Below are positions 22,571-31,362 of a stretch of 64,000 nucleotides of DNA, piece after piece. The stretch comes from an uncultured Candidatus Rokubacteria bacterium (GTDB lineage: Bacteria; Methylomirabilota; Methylomirabilia; Rokubacteriales; CSP1-6), in the NCBI GenBank assembly GCA_963789955.1, contig CAWBMV010000015.1, positions 96,001 through 160,000 on the forward strand, given 5' to 3'. Below the pieces are notes generated by a model. It was not told the DNA's origin, searched no databases, and saw only the letters and a program-made list of their open reading frames with translations. Made by a program: the position numbers and the translations under genes. Each line of letters begins with the position of its first letter. The first letter of the stretch is position 1.

Positions 22571-23064
22571 TCAGTCGCCCGCGAGCGCCCGCAGGACCTG
22601 CGGTTTGAGGAACCAGCAGAGCCGCCCGCCGGCGGCGGGCCCATCGGGCAGATCCACGAGGGCCGCGCCGCCCTTCTTGAACGCGAGCCGCTCGCCGTGC
22701 GAGGCGCCGAGCAGGCGCGCGAGGAGCGCCCGAGGAGCGGCTCGTGGCCGACGAGCGCAATGTCGCGCCGGGCGGATGCGTCTCCGAGCGCGGCCACGAT
22801 TCCGTCGACGCTCTCGTGGGCGAGCGCTGGCTCGATCGCGGGCTCGATCTGCTTGAAGGCGTGCGCGGCGATCTCGGCGGTCGGCCGCGCGCGGGGCAGC
22901 GGGCTCGTCAGCAGCACGTCGGGCCGACGAGCGACCCGCGCGAGCCCCCGCGCGGCCACGCGGAACTTGGCCTTGCCCTGGGGCGTGAGAGGACGCTCGT
23001 CGTCGGGGACGCCGGGCGTGCCTCTGGGCACGGCGGTGGCGTGGCGGACGAGCAGGAGCTTCAT
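22571..23064 (-). CDS. sixA: Phosphohistidine phosphatase SixA-like; frameshifted
   Basis: MKLLLVRHATA, D.ERPLT, TSPLPRA and ALVGHEP. Confidence 0.85.
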
Positions 23065-23372
23065 CGCCCGAACGCTATCTGCGCCGTCCGGTCCCACCGC
23101 GTCGGGGCCTCCTGGTCACAGCGATTTGCGTAGGCGCGCGCGGCGTCGTTCGCATCGTCGAACTCCACGACGACCTCGACGTAGGTATTGAAGTCAGGGT
23201 CGGAGCGCCGGACCCGGAGCTTGGCGCCCTCGGGCTCGGCGCCGACCGTGTGACGAAGGAGGTCGATGAAGCGCGGCACTGCCAAAACGCACGCCGCCGT
23301 AGTCGACGTCGCTCGCGGCGGCCGTACTTCGCCGGAGGGAGCAGTTCCCAGAGCGATGAGGTCAAAAGCCAT
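23061..23372 (-). CDS. Hypothetical protein (probable compensating frameshifts near the 5' end)
   Basis: MAFDLIALGTAP...RFIDLLRHTVGAEPEGAKLRVRRSDPDFNTYVEVVVEFDD...; stop overlaps the sixA start (ATGA). Confidence 0.6.
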   Translation of the reverse strand: MAFDLIALGTAPSGEVRPPRATSTTAACVLAVPRFIDLLRHTVGAEPEGAKLRVRRSDPDFNTYVEVVVEFDDANDAARAYANRCDQEAPTRWDRTAQIAFGR

Positions 23373-23415
23373 CTTCTCTTGCATCCTCTCTTCTGACGAG
23401 ATCTGTGATGTCAGT

Positions 23416-23895
23416 TCAGCCGACCACGGAGGTTATGAAGGATTTCGCCGCCCCTACGTCACGCGGAGCCTGCCGCACCGCCCCTTCGAACTCACGGAGC
23501 GCCTCCCACCAGCGTCCCTGACGGATGTAGATCCGGCCCAGATTCAGGAAGGGGAACTGTCGCGGCTCGTAGCGTTTGGCCTGCTTGGCCTTTTCAAGCC
23601 ATGAGATTGACTCGTCGAGCTTGTCCTGCTGCATCAAGTAGACCCCGATGTCGTTGTACGGATTGCCGAACTCGGCGTCGATCTCGATCGCGCGAAGGCA
23701 CTCCGCCGTGGCCTCCTCCAGGTGGCCCTGGAAGCTCATCGCCCACCCCAAGAAGGTATGTGCCTCTGCCGTCGGATACAGCTCGATCGACTGGCGATAG
23801 AGCTCGATCGCTCGATCCACATTTCCCCCTGTCTGGTAGCGGTAGCCTTGCCGCCAGAGTTCCGTCGCTCGCCTCAGAGTCTGTCGGTCTTCCAC
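23416..23895 (-). CDS. Tetratricopeptide repeat protein
   Basis: PTAEAHTFLGW, CLRAIEIDAEFGNPYNDIG and PFLNLGRIY TPR helices; AGGAG SD. Confidence 0.88.
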   Translation of the reverse strand: MEDRQTLRRATELWRQGYRYQTGGNVDRAIELYRQSIELYPTAEAHTFLGWAMSFQGHLEEATAECLRAIEIDAEFGNPYNDIGVYLMQQDKLDESISWLEKAKQAKRYEPRQFPFLNLGRIYIRQGRWWEALREFEGAVRQAPRDVGAAKSFITSVVG

Positions 23896-23899
23896 TTCT

Positions 23900-24312
23900 C
23901 CACCTCCTGGTGCCCACGCGCATCGGCCCCTCCTCGTTCTGCGCGAGCTCTTGCGCGAGCGGTGAAAGAGGAGACGTCGTCACGCCCGCTCGCGGCGCTC
24001 GTCGAAGCCAGACATCGGGCCGCTTCTGTACGCCAACTGCGGGAGCTGACGGTGGCCGCGGGTTCAACTGCCCTAGCCTTGAACGCTCGGGAAGCCGCAG
24101 CGAGGAGTACATGTCCAGCGGACGACCCTCAAGGCTCCGGGTCTGAGTTGAGTCCGACTCGAAGAGCACGCGACCGATCGCTGGAGCGCTCGCGTCCAGG
24201 GACTGGAGCGCATCCGTCCGGGGTCGAGCCGAGCGCTGCCGTGGATGACGAACGGCCGTCCTCGAGCCTCGCGAGAGGGACTGAGAAGCACTCTGGCTTT
24301 GTGTTCGGGCAT
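23900..24312 (-). pseudogene. Degenerate paralog of the ribbon-helix-helix-like gene at 25376
   Basis: AGGAGG SD plus ATG. First 27 aa align ungapped to the 25376 protein (10 identities); RALRVGLN and KARAV recur in shifted frames. End approximate. Confidence 0.5.
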
Positions 24313-24376
24313 CGCGACCTCCTGCCGCTCCGCGGTGACTCCCGGAACTGCTGGTCTTAGTTTATATATCTTTTAG

Positions 24377-24414
24377 TTGTTATATAACTTATATCGTGAT
24401 ATAAGTTAAGTCAA
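24377..24414. promoter_or_regulatory. AT-rich divergent promoter region with an 11-bp-arm palindromic operator
   Basis: TAACTTATATC-GT-GATATAAGTTA (24385-24408); minus strand TTGACT-17-TAAGTT; plus strand TTGTTA-17-TATAAG. Confidence 0.65.
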
Positions 24415-24548
24415 GCGGGATGTAGCAGAGGAAACGAGTGCATCGCTCAGCAGAGAGGTTGCAGGAGCGATGCGAGGGTGCTCCGGCTAAGAAGTCAGAA
24501 CCCAAAGACAACAAGAACCAAACGACGTACGACCCAAGGGAGAGCACG

Positions 24549-24998
24549 ATGAGCACCATGCTTCGGTGGTCCCCAACCAGGAAATTCCACTTCCATCATG
24601 ATGCCGATGATCTGTTCTTGAGGTTCTTCGAGGGTGTCACGGCGAATGAAACCGTTCAGCGTCCTGCTTCGTGGCTCCCGGCCGCGGAGGGGCGGATCGA
24701 AGACGGCACGTATGTCGTCCAGCTCGCCCTACCAGGTGTGGACCCGAAGGACGTTGCGGTGTCCTTGATGGACAACGTCCTCACGGTCGAAGGCGAGCGC
24801 AAGCCCGGCCCCGACACCATGGACAAGGATTACTTCGTCCGCGAGGTCGCGTATGGCGGGTTCGAACGGAGCTTCGCGCTCCCCGAGGGCGTCGATGCCA
24901 CCCAAGTTGAGGCGAAGTACGCGAACGGCATGCTCGAGGTGAGGATCCCTGCGCCCCGAGTGGCAATGCCGACAACGATCGAAGTCAAGGCCGCCTGA
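24549..24998 (+). CDS. Hsp20/alpha-crystallin small heat shock protein
   Basis: LPGVDPKDV, VLTVEGER, YGGFERSFALP and AKYANGMLEVRIP. Confidence 0.95.
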   Translation: MSTMLRWSPTRKFHFHHDADDLFLRFFEGVTANETVQRPASWLPAAEGRIEDGTYVVQLALPGVDPKDVAVSLMDNVLTVEGERKPGPDTMDKDYFVREVAYGGFERSFALPEGVDATQVEAKYANGMLEVRIPAPRVAMPTTIEVKAA

Positions 24999-25152
24999 TT
25001 CGAGGGTGCCCAGGGGGCCGGGCCGTGCCGGTTTCGACGAGGACGCGCCCGGTCCTTGCGGCCCCGCGGCCGCATCGAGTCGGAACGTCGTGTCGCCGTG
25101 TTCGAGGTGGTCGTGAACTGCGCAACGTGAACTGCCTAAGAGGGTTTTTCGC

Positions 25153-25335
25153 ATGACCAGAGAACTTAGGTGCGCCGATCTGATACCCGGCTGCGACTTC
25201 GTGGCTCAGGGCACGTGTGACAGCGACGTGATGAGGAAGGCCGCCGAACATGCCAAGCGCGCTCACAGGATGATCGCGATTGCGATGGAGATCGAAAGGA
25301 AGGCGCGAGCGGCGATCCGGGATGCCGCGGCCTAG
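25153..25335 (+). CDS. DUF1059-like small metal-binding protein
   Basis: LRCADLIPGCDFVAQG...AAEHAKRAH (C-x6-C...H-x4-H). Confidence 0.85.
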   Translation: MTRELRCADLIPGCDFVAQGTCDSDVMRKAAEHAKRAHRMIAIAMEIERKARAAIRDAAA

Positions 25336-25375
25336 CTGGCTGCCGGAGGTGAGTGCCCTGAGACAAGACAGCGGA

Positions 25376-25636
25376 ATGCTCGAGAACAGGACAAGGCTAC
25401 TTCTCATTCTTTCGCAGGACCTGCTGGATCAGGCTCGTGTCATCGCGGGCAGAGCGACGACCGCGCTCAAGCTGCCAGTGAGCCTCCAGATCGTCCTTCG
25501 TGCGCTGATCTCGGTGGGGCTGAAGCGCCAAAGCCACGCCGAGCTCTTTGCCAGCATCGAGAGCCAGGCCAGAGCTGTTCGCCAGAAGCGGAGCAGAGTG
25601 CGCGGCGCGGGTGAAGGCCGGCCGCTGCGGTCTTGA
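25376..25636 (+). CDS. Putative ribbon-helix-helix DNA-binding protein
   Basis: RTRLLLIL (strand), SQDLLDQARVIAG (helix), SLQIVLRALISVGL (helix). Fold is inferred from the pattern only. Confidence 0.6.
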   Translation: MLENRTRLLLILSQDLLDQARVIAGRATTALKLPVSLQIVLRALISVGLKRQSHAELFASIESQARAVRQKRSRVRGAGEGRPLRS

Positions 25637-25679
25637 AGTCACCAGGTGGAAAGACGACCGGAGGAGGAGTGTAGCGACG

Positions 25680-25904
25680 ATGTGGAAATGTACAGGGCCG
25701 ATAGTCTTGGCCACGGCGGTGGCAGTGTTGACCCTCGGTTGCGTGCGAGGGCTTGGGTCGCCGACAGCACCGGCGGCGGATCTGATCTACATGGCGAAGC
25801 CGATGTCGGCGCCGGCGGGGATCATTTCGAGCGAGACCACGGTTCTGTGGCGCGACATCGGCATCTACGACGTCAATGGGCCGCTGCGGATCGATTGGCG
25901 GTAG
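25680..25904 (+). CDS. Small putative lipoprotein
   Basis: GGAGGAG SD; hydrophobic leader ending in the lipobox-like LTLGC. Confidence 0.55.
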   Translation: MWKCTGPIVLATAVAVLTLGCVRGLGSPTAPAADLIYMAKPMSAPAGIISSETTVLWRDIGIYDVNGPLRIDWR

Positions 25905-25921
25905 AAAGGCGGGTACGCTCC

Positions 25922-26197
25922 ATGTTCGAACACATCATACAGATCGGTCCAATGCTCGTTCTTGCCGGCCTCATGGCAGGGTGGGTAGCTGAGGCCGCCT
26001 CACGTGCGGGAGGCTATGGGTTCATCCTCGACATGGTGGTCGGTCTCGTCGGGAGCGTCGTCGCAGGCGCGATCGTCTGGGCTTTGACCTCGAGCAACAC
26101 GGGGATGCTGGCGATGTTGCTGATCGGATGCGGCGGCGCAGCGCTCGCGATCGCTGCTCAGCGAGGGCTGTGGCGCTCCGCCCTTCTCGGAACATGA
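25922..26197 (+). CDS. GlsB/YeaQ/YmgE (transglycosylase-associated) membrane protein
   Basis: GLMAGWVA...GGYGFILDMVVGLVGSVVAG, three TM helices. Confidence 0.8.
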   Translation: MFEHIIQIGPMLVLAGLMAGWVAEAASRAGGYGFILDMVVGLVGSVVAGAIVWALTSSNTGMLAMLLIGCGGAALAIAAQRGLWRSALLGT

Positions 26198-26220
26198 ACA
26201 GGTAGGAAACAACGCAACTG

Positions 26221-26246
26221 GGGGTTACGGCGAAACCCGTAACCCC
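26221..26246. terminator. Hairpin between convergent genes
   Basis: GGGGTTACGG-CGAAAC-CCGTAACCCC perfect 10-bp stem. Confidence 0.7.
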
Positions 26247-26258
26247 TGGGCTCGAGGC

Positions 26259-26459
26259 TCAGGCGTGTTCCTCGTAGGAGCGGCTCGTGCCGAGCTTGAC
26301 CCACGCCTTCGCGTTGAAGTTGTACTGGTAGATGTTCCCTTCTTTGTCGAGAGCGAAAAGGTCGTTTTGCGAGGCGCAGATTTGGATGAACTGCGTCGGC
26401 GCTTCGCTGGCGGTTCCGAGCCGCTGTGAATCGTTGTCACGGTGTTTAGTGGTGTTCAT
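26259..26459 (-). CDS. Small hypothetical protein
   Basis: GAGG SD; QFIQICASQNDLFALDKEGNIYQYNFNAKAWVKL resembles a single beta-propeller-blade-like unit. Confidence 0.6.
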   Translation of the reverse strand: MNTTKHRDNDSQRLGTASEAPTQFIQICASQNDLFALDKEGNIYQYNFNAKAWVKLGTSRSYEEHA

Positions 26460-26530
26460 CAACGCCTCTTTCAATGGCGGCGTCCCGTCGGGCTCCCGCC
26501 GCATTCTCCCGAGTTGCTGGCGCTGGTCGA

Positions 26531-26775
26531 TCAGCTTTCGCCGCCGTCGTCCGTGTACGGATCACGCTCGAGGCTGCTGAACGCGCGATCCCCGCGCGAC
26601 TCCCCGTCGATCGTGATGAACACCAGGGCTCGCGCCGCCGCCGCTGATTCACCCAGATGGCGCGCGCCACGGATCCCGTGGCGGGGTTGACTCCGTGCCG
26701 CACGCCATCCACCGTCGAGGCTCGGAAGGCCGAGTCGGAGGTGGCTCCGAGGAGCCACCTCGGGGGACTCGTCAT
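26531..26775 (-). CDS. Small hypothetical protein; probably frameshifted
   Basis: ATG adjoins the stop of the upstream gene; reading continues in a second frame (ARALVFITIDGE...DDGGES). Confidence 0.4.
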
Positions 26776-27596
26776 TTACCCACGCCGATCGAGACGGGGA
26801 AGTTGACCGTCTCCTCACGGTAGGGCGAAGGGATATACGCGAACTCCAGGCGAATCTCTTTCAGATTCTTCGGCTTCAGGGCCTCGGCGGGGAACTCCAG
26901 ATCCAAGGACTGGACGGCCTCCTGCCCGGGATCGAGGCGCTCGCTGCTGCCGTAGTTGGCGAACTTGAAGGTCGGCTCGGTCCGCGCGTTCTCGAGAACC
27001 ATGGGCTTCCCCTGGCTATCGATATAGAGCAGCTTGCCCTCGAGGAGCCTCACCGTCTGGTTGGCCGATGTGTTCTTCAGCCTGAGCATTCCGGTGAGCT
27101 TCGCCGCGGTGACAATGCGGTCGGAGCCTTTCTCGACTCGCTCCGCGATCTTCAGCTCGGTGACTTCGCCCATGACGATCCCGGCTTTCACTTTCACCGA
27201 CGCCGGCGTGACCGCATACGTCTTTTCCTCGATCGCCGCGGCCACTGCCGCCGGCTGCTGCACGGGACCGAAGATCATCCAACCCATGAGGGCCACGATC
27301 GCGGCGCCGAGCCCCCAGCGCCAGAAGGCATCCTTCTTCTCGATCGGACGCTCCGTCACCCAGAACTTGCGTTGAACGCCGATCGGGATGACGGCGAGGA
27401 TGAACGCGACGACGCCCGTCGCGACGATCCCCGCGCTCGGGTAGAACCCCAGGGAGTGGAGCAGCCAGCTCCCCCCGATGCTTCCGACGAGGCCGAGGGT
27501 GATGTCCCATCTCAGCCCGAAACCTCCGCGCTTCAACGCCCACCCGGCCAGCAAGCCAGCCGATACTCCCGCGAGAATCCACGTCAAGAACGTCAT
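26772..27596 (-). CDS. GlsB/YeaQ-like membrane domain fused to a periplasmic beta-sandwich domain
   Basis: WILAGVSAGLLAGW...GGFGLRWDITLGLVGSIGG, an extra TM helix, then a beta-rich LRLKNTS...LDPGQ domain; AGGAG SD. Confidence 0.8.
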   Translation of the reverse strand: MTFLTWILAGVSAGLLAGWALKRGGFGLRWDITLGLVGSIGGSWLLHSLGFYPSAGIVATGVVAFILAVIPIGVQRKFWVTERPIEKKDAFWRWGLGAAIVALMGWMIFGPVQQPAAVAAAIEEKTYAVTPASVKVKAGIVMGEVTELKIAERVEKGSDRIVTAAKLTGMLRLKNTSANQTVRLLEGKLLYIDSQGKPMVLENARTEPTFKFANYGSSERLDPGQEAVQSLDLEFPAEALKPKNLKEIRLEFAYIPSPYREETVNFPVSIGVGK

Positions 27597-27633
27597 GACT
27601 CTTTCTCCTTCATCTGGTTGCAGCTCGATCGCA

Positions 27634-28698
27634 TCACTTGCTCAGCATCGTCGCACGCGTCGCGCCCCTTCGCGATTTGCCTCCAATAGACGGACCACGC
27701 CCGAGCCGCTTCCGGGCCGGAGCGGCCGTCGGCTTGTCGCCGTCTTGTCGCACCAGGAGGGCCGCGAGCATTTCGATGGCCCGCTGGTCGAGGGCTCGGT
27801 CGTCGATCATGACTTCCGCCGTCGAGCCCGCGAGCGCCCGGACGCGCTCGGCCGCCGCGGTGGAGCAGACGATGACGTCGGCCCGCCGCACCAGACGGCC
27901 CAGCTCGGCCCCCTCGGCGGGGCAGACTCCGACCAGCGTGATGTTCGGCAGGCCGGCGTTCGCGATCGAGTGTTCGAGATTGTGGGCCGTCTCGACGGTC
28001 GTCGAGGCGACGCCGACCCGCGTTCCCGACGGAAACTGGGCCAGTCGCTGGAGGGTCTCCAGATGCGCCTCGGCGAGCAGCGCGATCACCGGCACGTCCT
28101 TACCCTTGAGGATGTGCTCCACCTGCGGGAGATGACAGAAGCTCGTGACCGCCGCACGCCAGCGACCGGCTTGCTTCTGACGCCGAGTGACCGCCACCAG
28201 CTCCGCGAGGAGCACCTTGTCGACGCGCACCGGCAGGTGGGCCTCGAGTTGCCGGGCAAAGAACTCGAGCTCTGGAGGGCTGCACTCTACCAGCAGGACC
28301 TCGACGGTCCCGCGAACGGCGACGGGTCGGGCCCCGGCCAAGCTCAGAACACCCACCGACAGGTCCTCGACGGTCAGCCCGAGGGCCGCTGCGCGGATCA
28401 CCGTATCGCGCAGGAAGCTCTCACGGAGGTGCGGGACGGGTCGGGCGGGTGGCGCCGGGGCCACGAAGACGCCTTTCCCGCGGCGCGCCTCGACATATCC
28501 ACTCCGCTTCAGATCGTCGATGACGCGGGCGACCGTATTCGGGTTGACGCCGAGGAAGCCGGCCAGCTCCCGGATGCTGGGCAGCGCCTGCTCGGGCGGG
28601 ACGCCGCCGGCCTCGATGACGTGACGGAGCTGCTCCATCAGTTGACGCCGGATCGGGATCGGACTGTGCCCGTCGACCTTGAGGTTGATCGCTTCCAT
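27634..28698 (-). CDS. GntR-family (YtrA-like wHTH) regulator with a long C-terminal domain
   Basis: PIRRQLMEQL...LPSIRELAGFLGVNPNTVARVIDDLKRSGYVEARRGKGVFV, then two Rossmann-like repeats. Confidence 0.92.
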   Translation of the reverse strand: MEAINLKVDGHSPIPIRRQLMEQLRHVIEAGGVPPEQALPSIRELAGFLGVNPNTVARVIDDLKRSGYVEARRGKGVFVAPAPPARPVPHLRESFLRDTVIRAAALGLTVEDLSVGVLSLAGARPVAVRGTVEVLLVECSPPELEFFARQLEAHLPVRVDKVLLAELVAVTRRQKQAGRWRAAVTSFCHLPQVEHILKGKDVPVIALLAEAHLETLQRLAQFPSGTRVGVASTTVETAHNLEHSIANAGLPNITLVGVCPAEGAELGRLVRRADVIVCSTAAAERVRALAGSTAEVMIDDRALDQRAIEMLAALLVRQDGDKPTAAPARKRLGRGPSIGGKSRRGATRATMLSK

Positions 28699-28700
28699 AA

Positions 28701-28739
28701 CTGTATCGCTATACTAGTACACCAATCCAATGGCGTCAA
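28701..28739 (-). promoter_or_regulatory. gntR promoter with operator box 1
   Basis: TTGACG-17-TAGTAT; the box CTGTATCGCTATACTAGTACAC (28701-28722) overlaps the -10. Confidence 0.75.
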
Positions 28740-28770
28740 TACAGACGTTCCGCGGTTGATCGCGTGGCGC

Positions 28771-30623
28771 CTAGACCTCCGCCGACGCCAGGAGGGCCAC
28801 CAGATCATCCCGGCTCACGACCTCCTTCTCGATCAGCCGCTTGGCCAGCGACGTGAGGACCTCTCGCTTCGCGGTGAGGGTCCCCCGGACTCGCTCGTGC
28901 GCGGCCTCGAACAGCCGTCGGATCTCGTCGTCGATGCGACGAGCCGTCTCTTCGCTGTACTCGCGCTGCGCCATCGACGGCACGTTGAGAAATAGCGCCT
29001 GGCGGGGCGGCTCGAATGTCGCCAGCCCCAGGGCTTCCGTCATCCCGTAGCGGGCGACCATGTGGCGCGCCAGGTCGGTGGCCCGCTGGAGATCGTCTTG
29101 CGCGCCGGTCGAGACGTCGCCGAAGATGAGCTCCTCCGCCACGCGACCGCCGAGCAAGACGTCGAGTCGATCCAGGAGCTCGGCGCGCGTCATGAGGTAC
29201 CGGTCCTCGGTCGGTTGCTGCTGCGTGTACCCGAGCGCGGCGACGCCGCGAGGGATCACGGAGATCTTCGCCACCCGGTCCGCGTGCTCGCGCGACTCCG
29301 CGACCAGCGCGTGGCCGGCTTCGTGGTAGGCGACGATCTCTTTTTCCTTCGGATTGATCACGCGCGATCGTCGCTCGAGCCCCCCCACCACGCGATCGAT
29401 GGCCTCGTCGAAGTCCGTCGCGTCCACCGCCTCCTTGCCCGTGCGGGCGGCGTGGAGCGCGGCCTCGTTGACGAGATTGGCGAGGTCGGCACCGACGAAG
29501 CCGGTCGTCCGTGCCGCCACCAGGGAGAGATCGAGGCCGGGGGCCAGCATGACGTCGCGGACGTGCACGTTGAGAATCTTCTCCCGCCCTTTGAGGTCGG
29601 GACGGTCGAGCACCACCTGCCGATCGAAGCGACCGGGCCGGAGCAGCGCGGGGTCCAGGATTTCCGGTCGGTTCGTCGCCGCCAGGATCATGACGCCCAA
29701 CTGCGTGTCGAAGCCGTCGAGCTCCGCGAGGAGCTGATTCAGGGTTTGCTCCCGCTCGTCGTGGCCGCCCACGATCGGGCTGACCCCTCGCGCTTTCCCC
29801 AACGCATCCAGCTCGTCGATGAAGATGATGCTCGGGGCCTTCGCCTGGGCCTGAGCAAAGAGGTCGCGGACGCGCGCGGCGCCCACGCCGACGAACATCT
29901 CGACGAAGTCGGAGCCGCTCAAGCTGAAGAACGGCACACCGGCCTCGCCCGCGACGGCCTTGGCCAGCAGTGTCTTGCCGGTGCCGGGCGCGCCGACGAT
30001 GAGCACGCCCTTGGGGATCTTGCCGCCGAGGCGCCGGTAGCGATCGGGGTTCTTGAGGAAGTCGACGACCTCCATCAGCTCGCCCCGCGCCTCGTCGATG
30101 CCCGCGACGTCGTCGAACGTGACGCCGGTCTTGTGCTCGACGTAGACCCGGGCCTTGCTCTTGCCGATCGTCATGAGCCCTTGCTGCGGGCCGAAGCGAC
30201 GCATGAGGAGGATCCAGACGCCGGCGAAATCACGGCCGGGAGGATCCAGGAGAGGAGGGTAGCGAGCCAGGTGTTTTCCACGTGCCCGGTGAACTTGACG
30301 TTCGCCTGCTCGAGCTCGGCCACCAGCCCCGGATCCTCGACGCGCGCCGCGACGAAGCGGCGCGTTTCACCACTCGATCGCTTCAGCTCCTCGACCTTCT
30401 CCTTCGGGAGCAGTGCCTCGATTCCATCGGTCGAGAGCGTGCCGCTGACGGTTTCTTTGTCCAGGGTGAGATTGCTGACCTTGCCCTTCTTCGCGAGGGC
30501 CTTGAACTCGCTGTACGAGACGTTCGTGGCCTGAGACCCGAAGAGCGGCAGCTGAAATGCGAGAATCGCCAGGAGGGTGATTCCGAGATACCCGATCGCG
30601 AACTTCCGCTGTTTGAGTTCCAT
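28771..30623 (-). CDS. ftsH: ATP-dependent zinc metalloprotease FtsH; frameshift near 30225
   Basis: [52 protein letters not shown] and GRVAEE. Confidence 0.95.
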
Positions 30624-30634
30624 GATCGTGGGCT

Positions 30635-30918
30635 CTATGCCGCGTGCGCCGGCACGGCGTCAGGTATGGTGCTTGCACATTCTGCTTCACGATTCGGTGG
30701 AGCACCCACCCGCTTGCGTCTTGCCCCCCGATGAGGTCGGCCCGTTCGAACAGGCTCAGCCGGCCCTTTCTGGGCGGCGTGGGATACTCGGCGATCGCCG
30801 CGTTCAGGCCCAACAAGGCCGCCGCCGCCGGGAGCGGCGCCTCGATCGCGTAGCGCGCCCAGATCCCCCGTCGCTCGTTGTAGAACTCCATGCGCCACTT
30901 CATCTGGACCTCCGTCAC
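30635..30918 (-). CDS. Hypothetical protein (3' end uncertain)
   Basis: MKWRMEFYNERRG...LSLFERADLIGGQDASGWVLHRI; same orientation as its neighbours. Confidence 0.5.
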
Positions 30919-30936
30919 GCGGTCGCGAGTCCGTTG

Positions 30937-31209
30937 TCAGCGGGAATCGCGTCTCGCCTGTCGCCGCTGCCCGCGGGCGCGGCTGTGGGCCTGGATGGCG
31001 CTCGCGCGGGTCTTGGTGAACTGCCGAGCGTTTCGCGTCTCGTTCGCCGCTGCGCTCGTGGCCTTCCGGCTCTGGCTCTTGCTCCCCTCGGCCTGCTGAC
31101 CGGCGGCGGCTTGCTCCGGCGACGTCTGTCGCTCGGAGGCCTTGTTACTCCTCTTCGGCGACGTGCTGCCGAAGTACTCGTCTTCCTGGTCTGTCGGTTT
31201 CGCGGCCAT
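30937..31209 (-). CDS. Small basic, low-complexity hypothetical protein
   Basis: AGGAGG SD; MAAKPTDQEDEYF...ARGQRRQARRDSR. Confidence 0.65.
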   Translation of the reverse strand: MAAKPTDQEDEYFGSTSPKRSNKASERQTSPEQAAAGQQAEGSKSQSRKATSAAANETRNARQFTKTRASAIQAHSRARGQRRQARRDSR

Positions 31210-31231
31210 TGGGGCACGCCTCCTGACGGAT

Positions 31232-31294
31232 CTGTATCACTAAAATAGTACACCAGATCAATTTCGACAATCTGTATTACATCAGTGGTACACT
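31232..31294. promoter_or_regulatory. Divergent promoter region (ftsH operon / groESL) with operator boxes 2 and 3
   Basis: CTGTATCACTAAAATAGTACAC (31232-53) and CTGTATTACATCAGTGGTACAC (31272-93); minus strand TTGTCG-17-TATTTT; plus strand extended -10 TGgTACACT. Confidence 0.75.
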
Positions 31295-31362
31295 CGGTTC
31301 GCTGGACAATTTCACCAGCCACGCTCATCACCCACCCGGACGAAGAGGGAGGCACCCGCACC

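Noticed and set aside
24040..24080. GGTTCAA resembling a tRNA T-loop
   Set aside because: No cloverleaf or acceptor stem; it lies inside the decayed paralog.
30662..30678. Sigma54-like GG-N10-GC (AGGTATGGTGCTTGCA) on the plus strand
   Set aside because: Points antisense to all neighbouring genes and the -24 element is imperfect.
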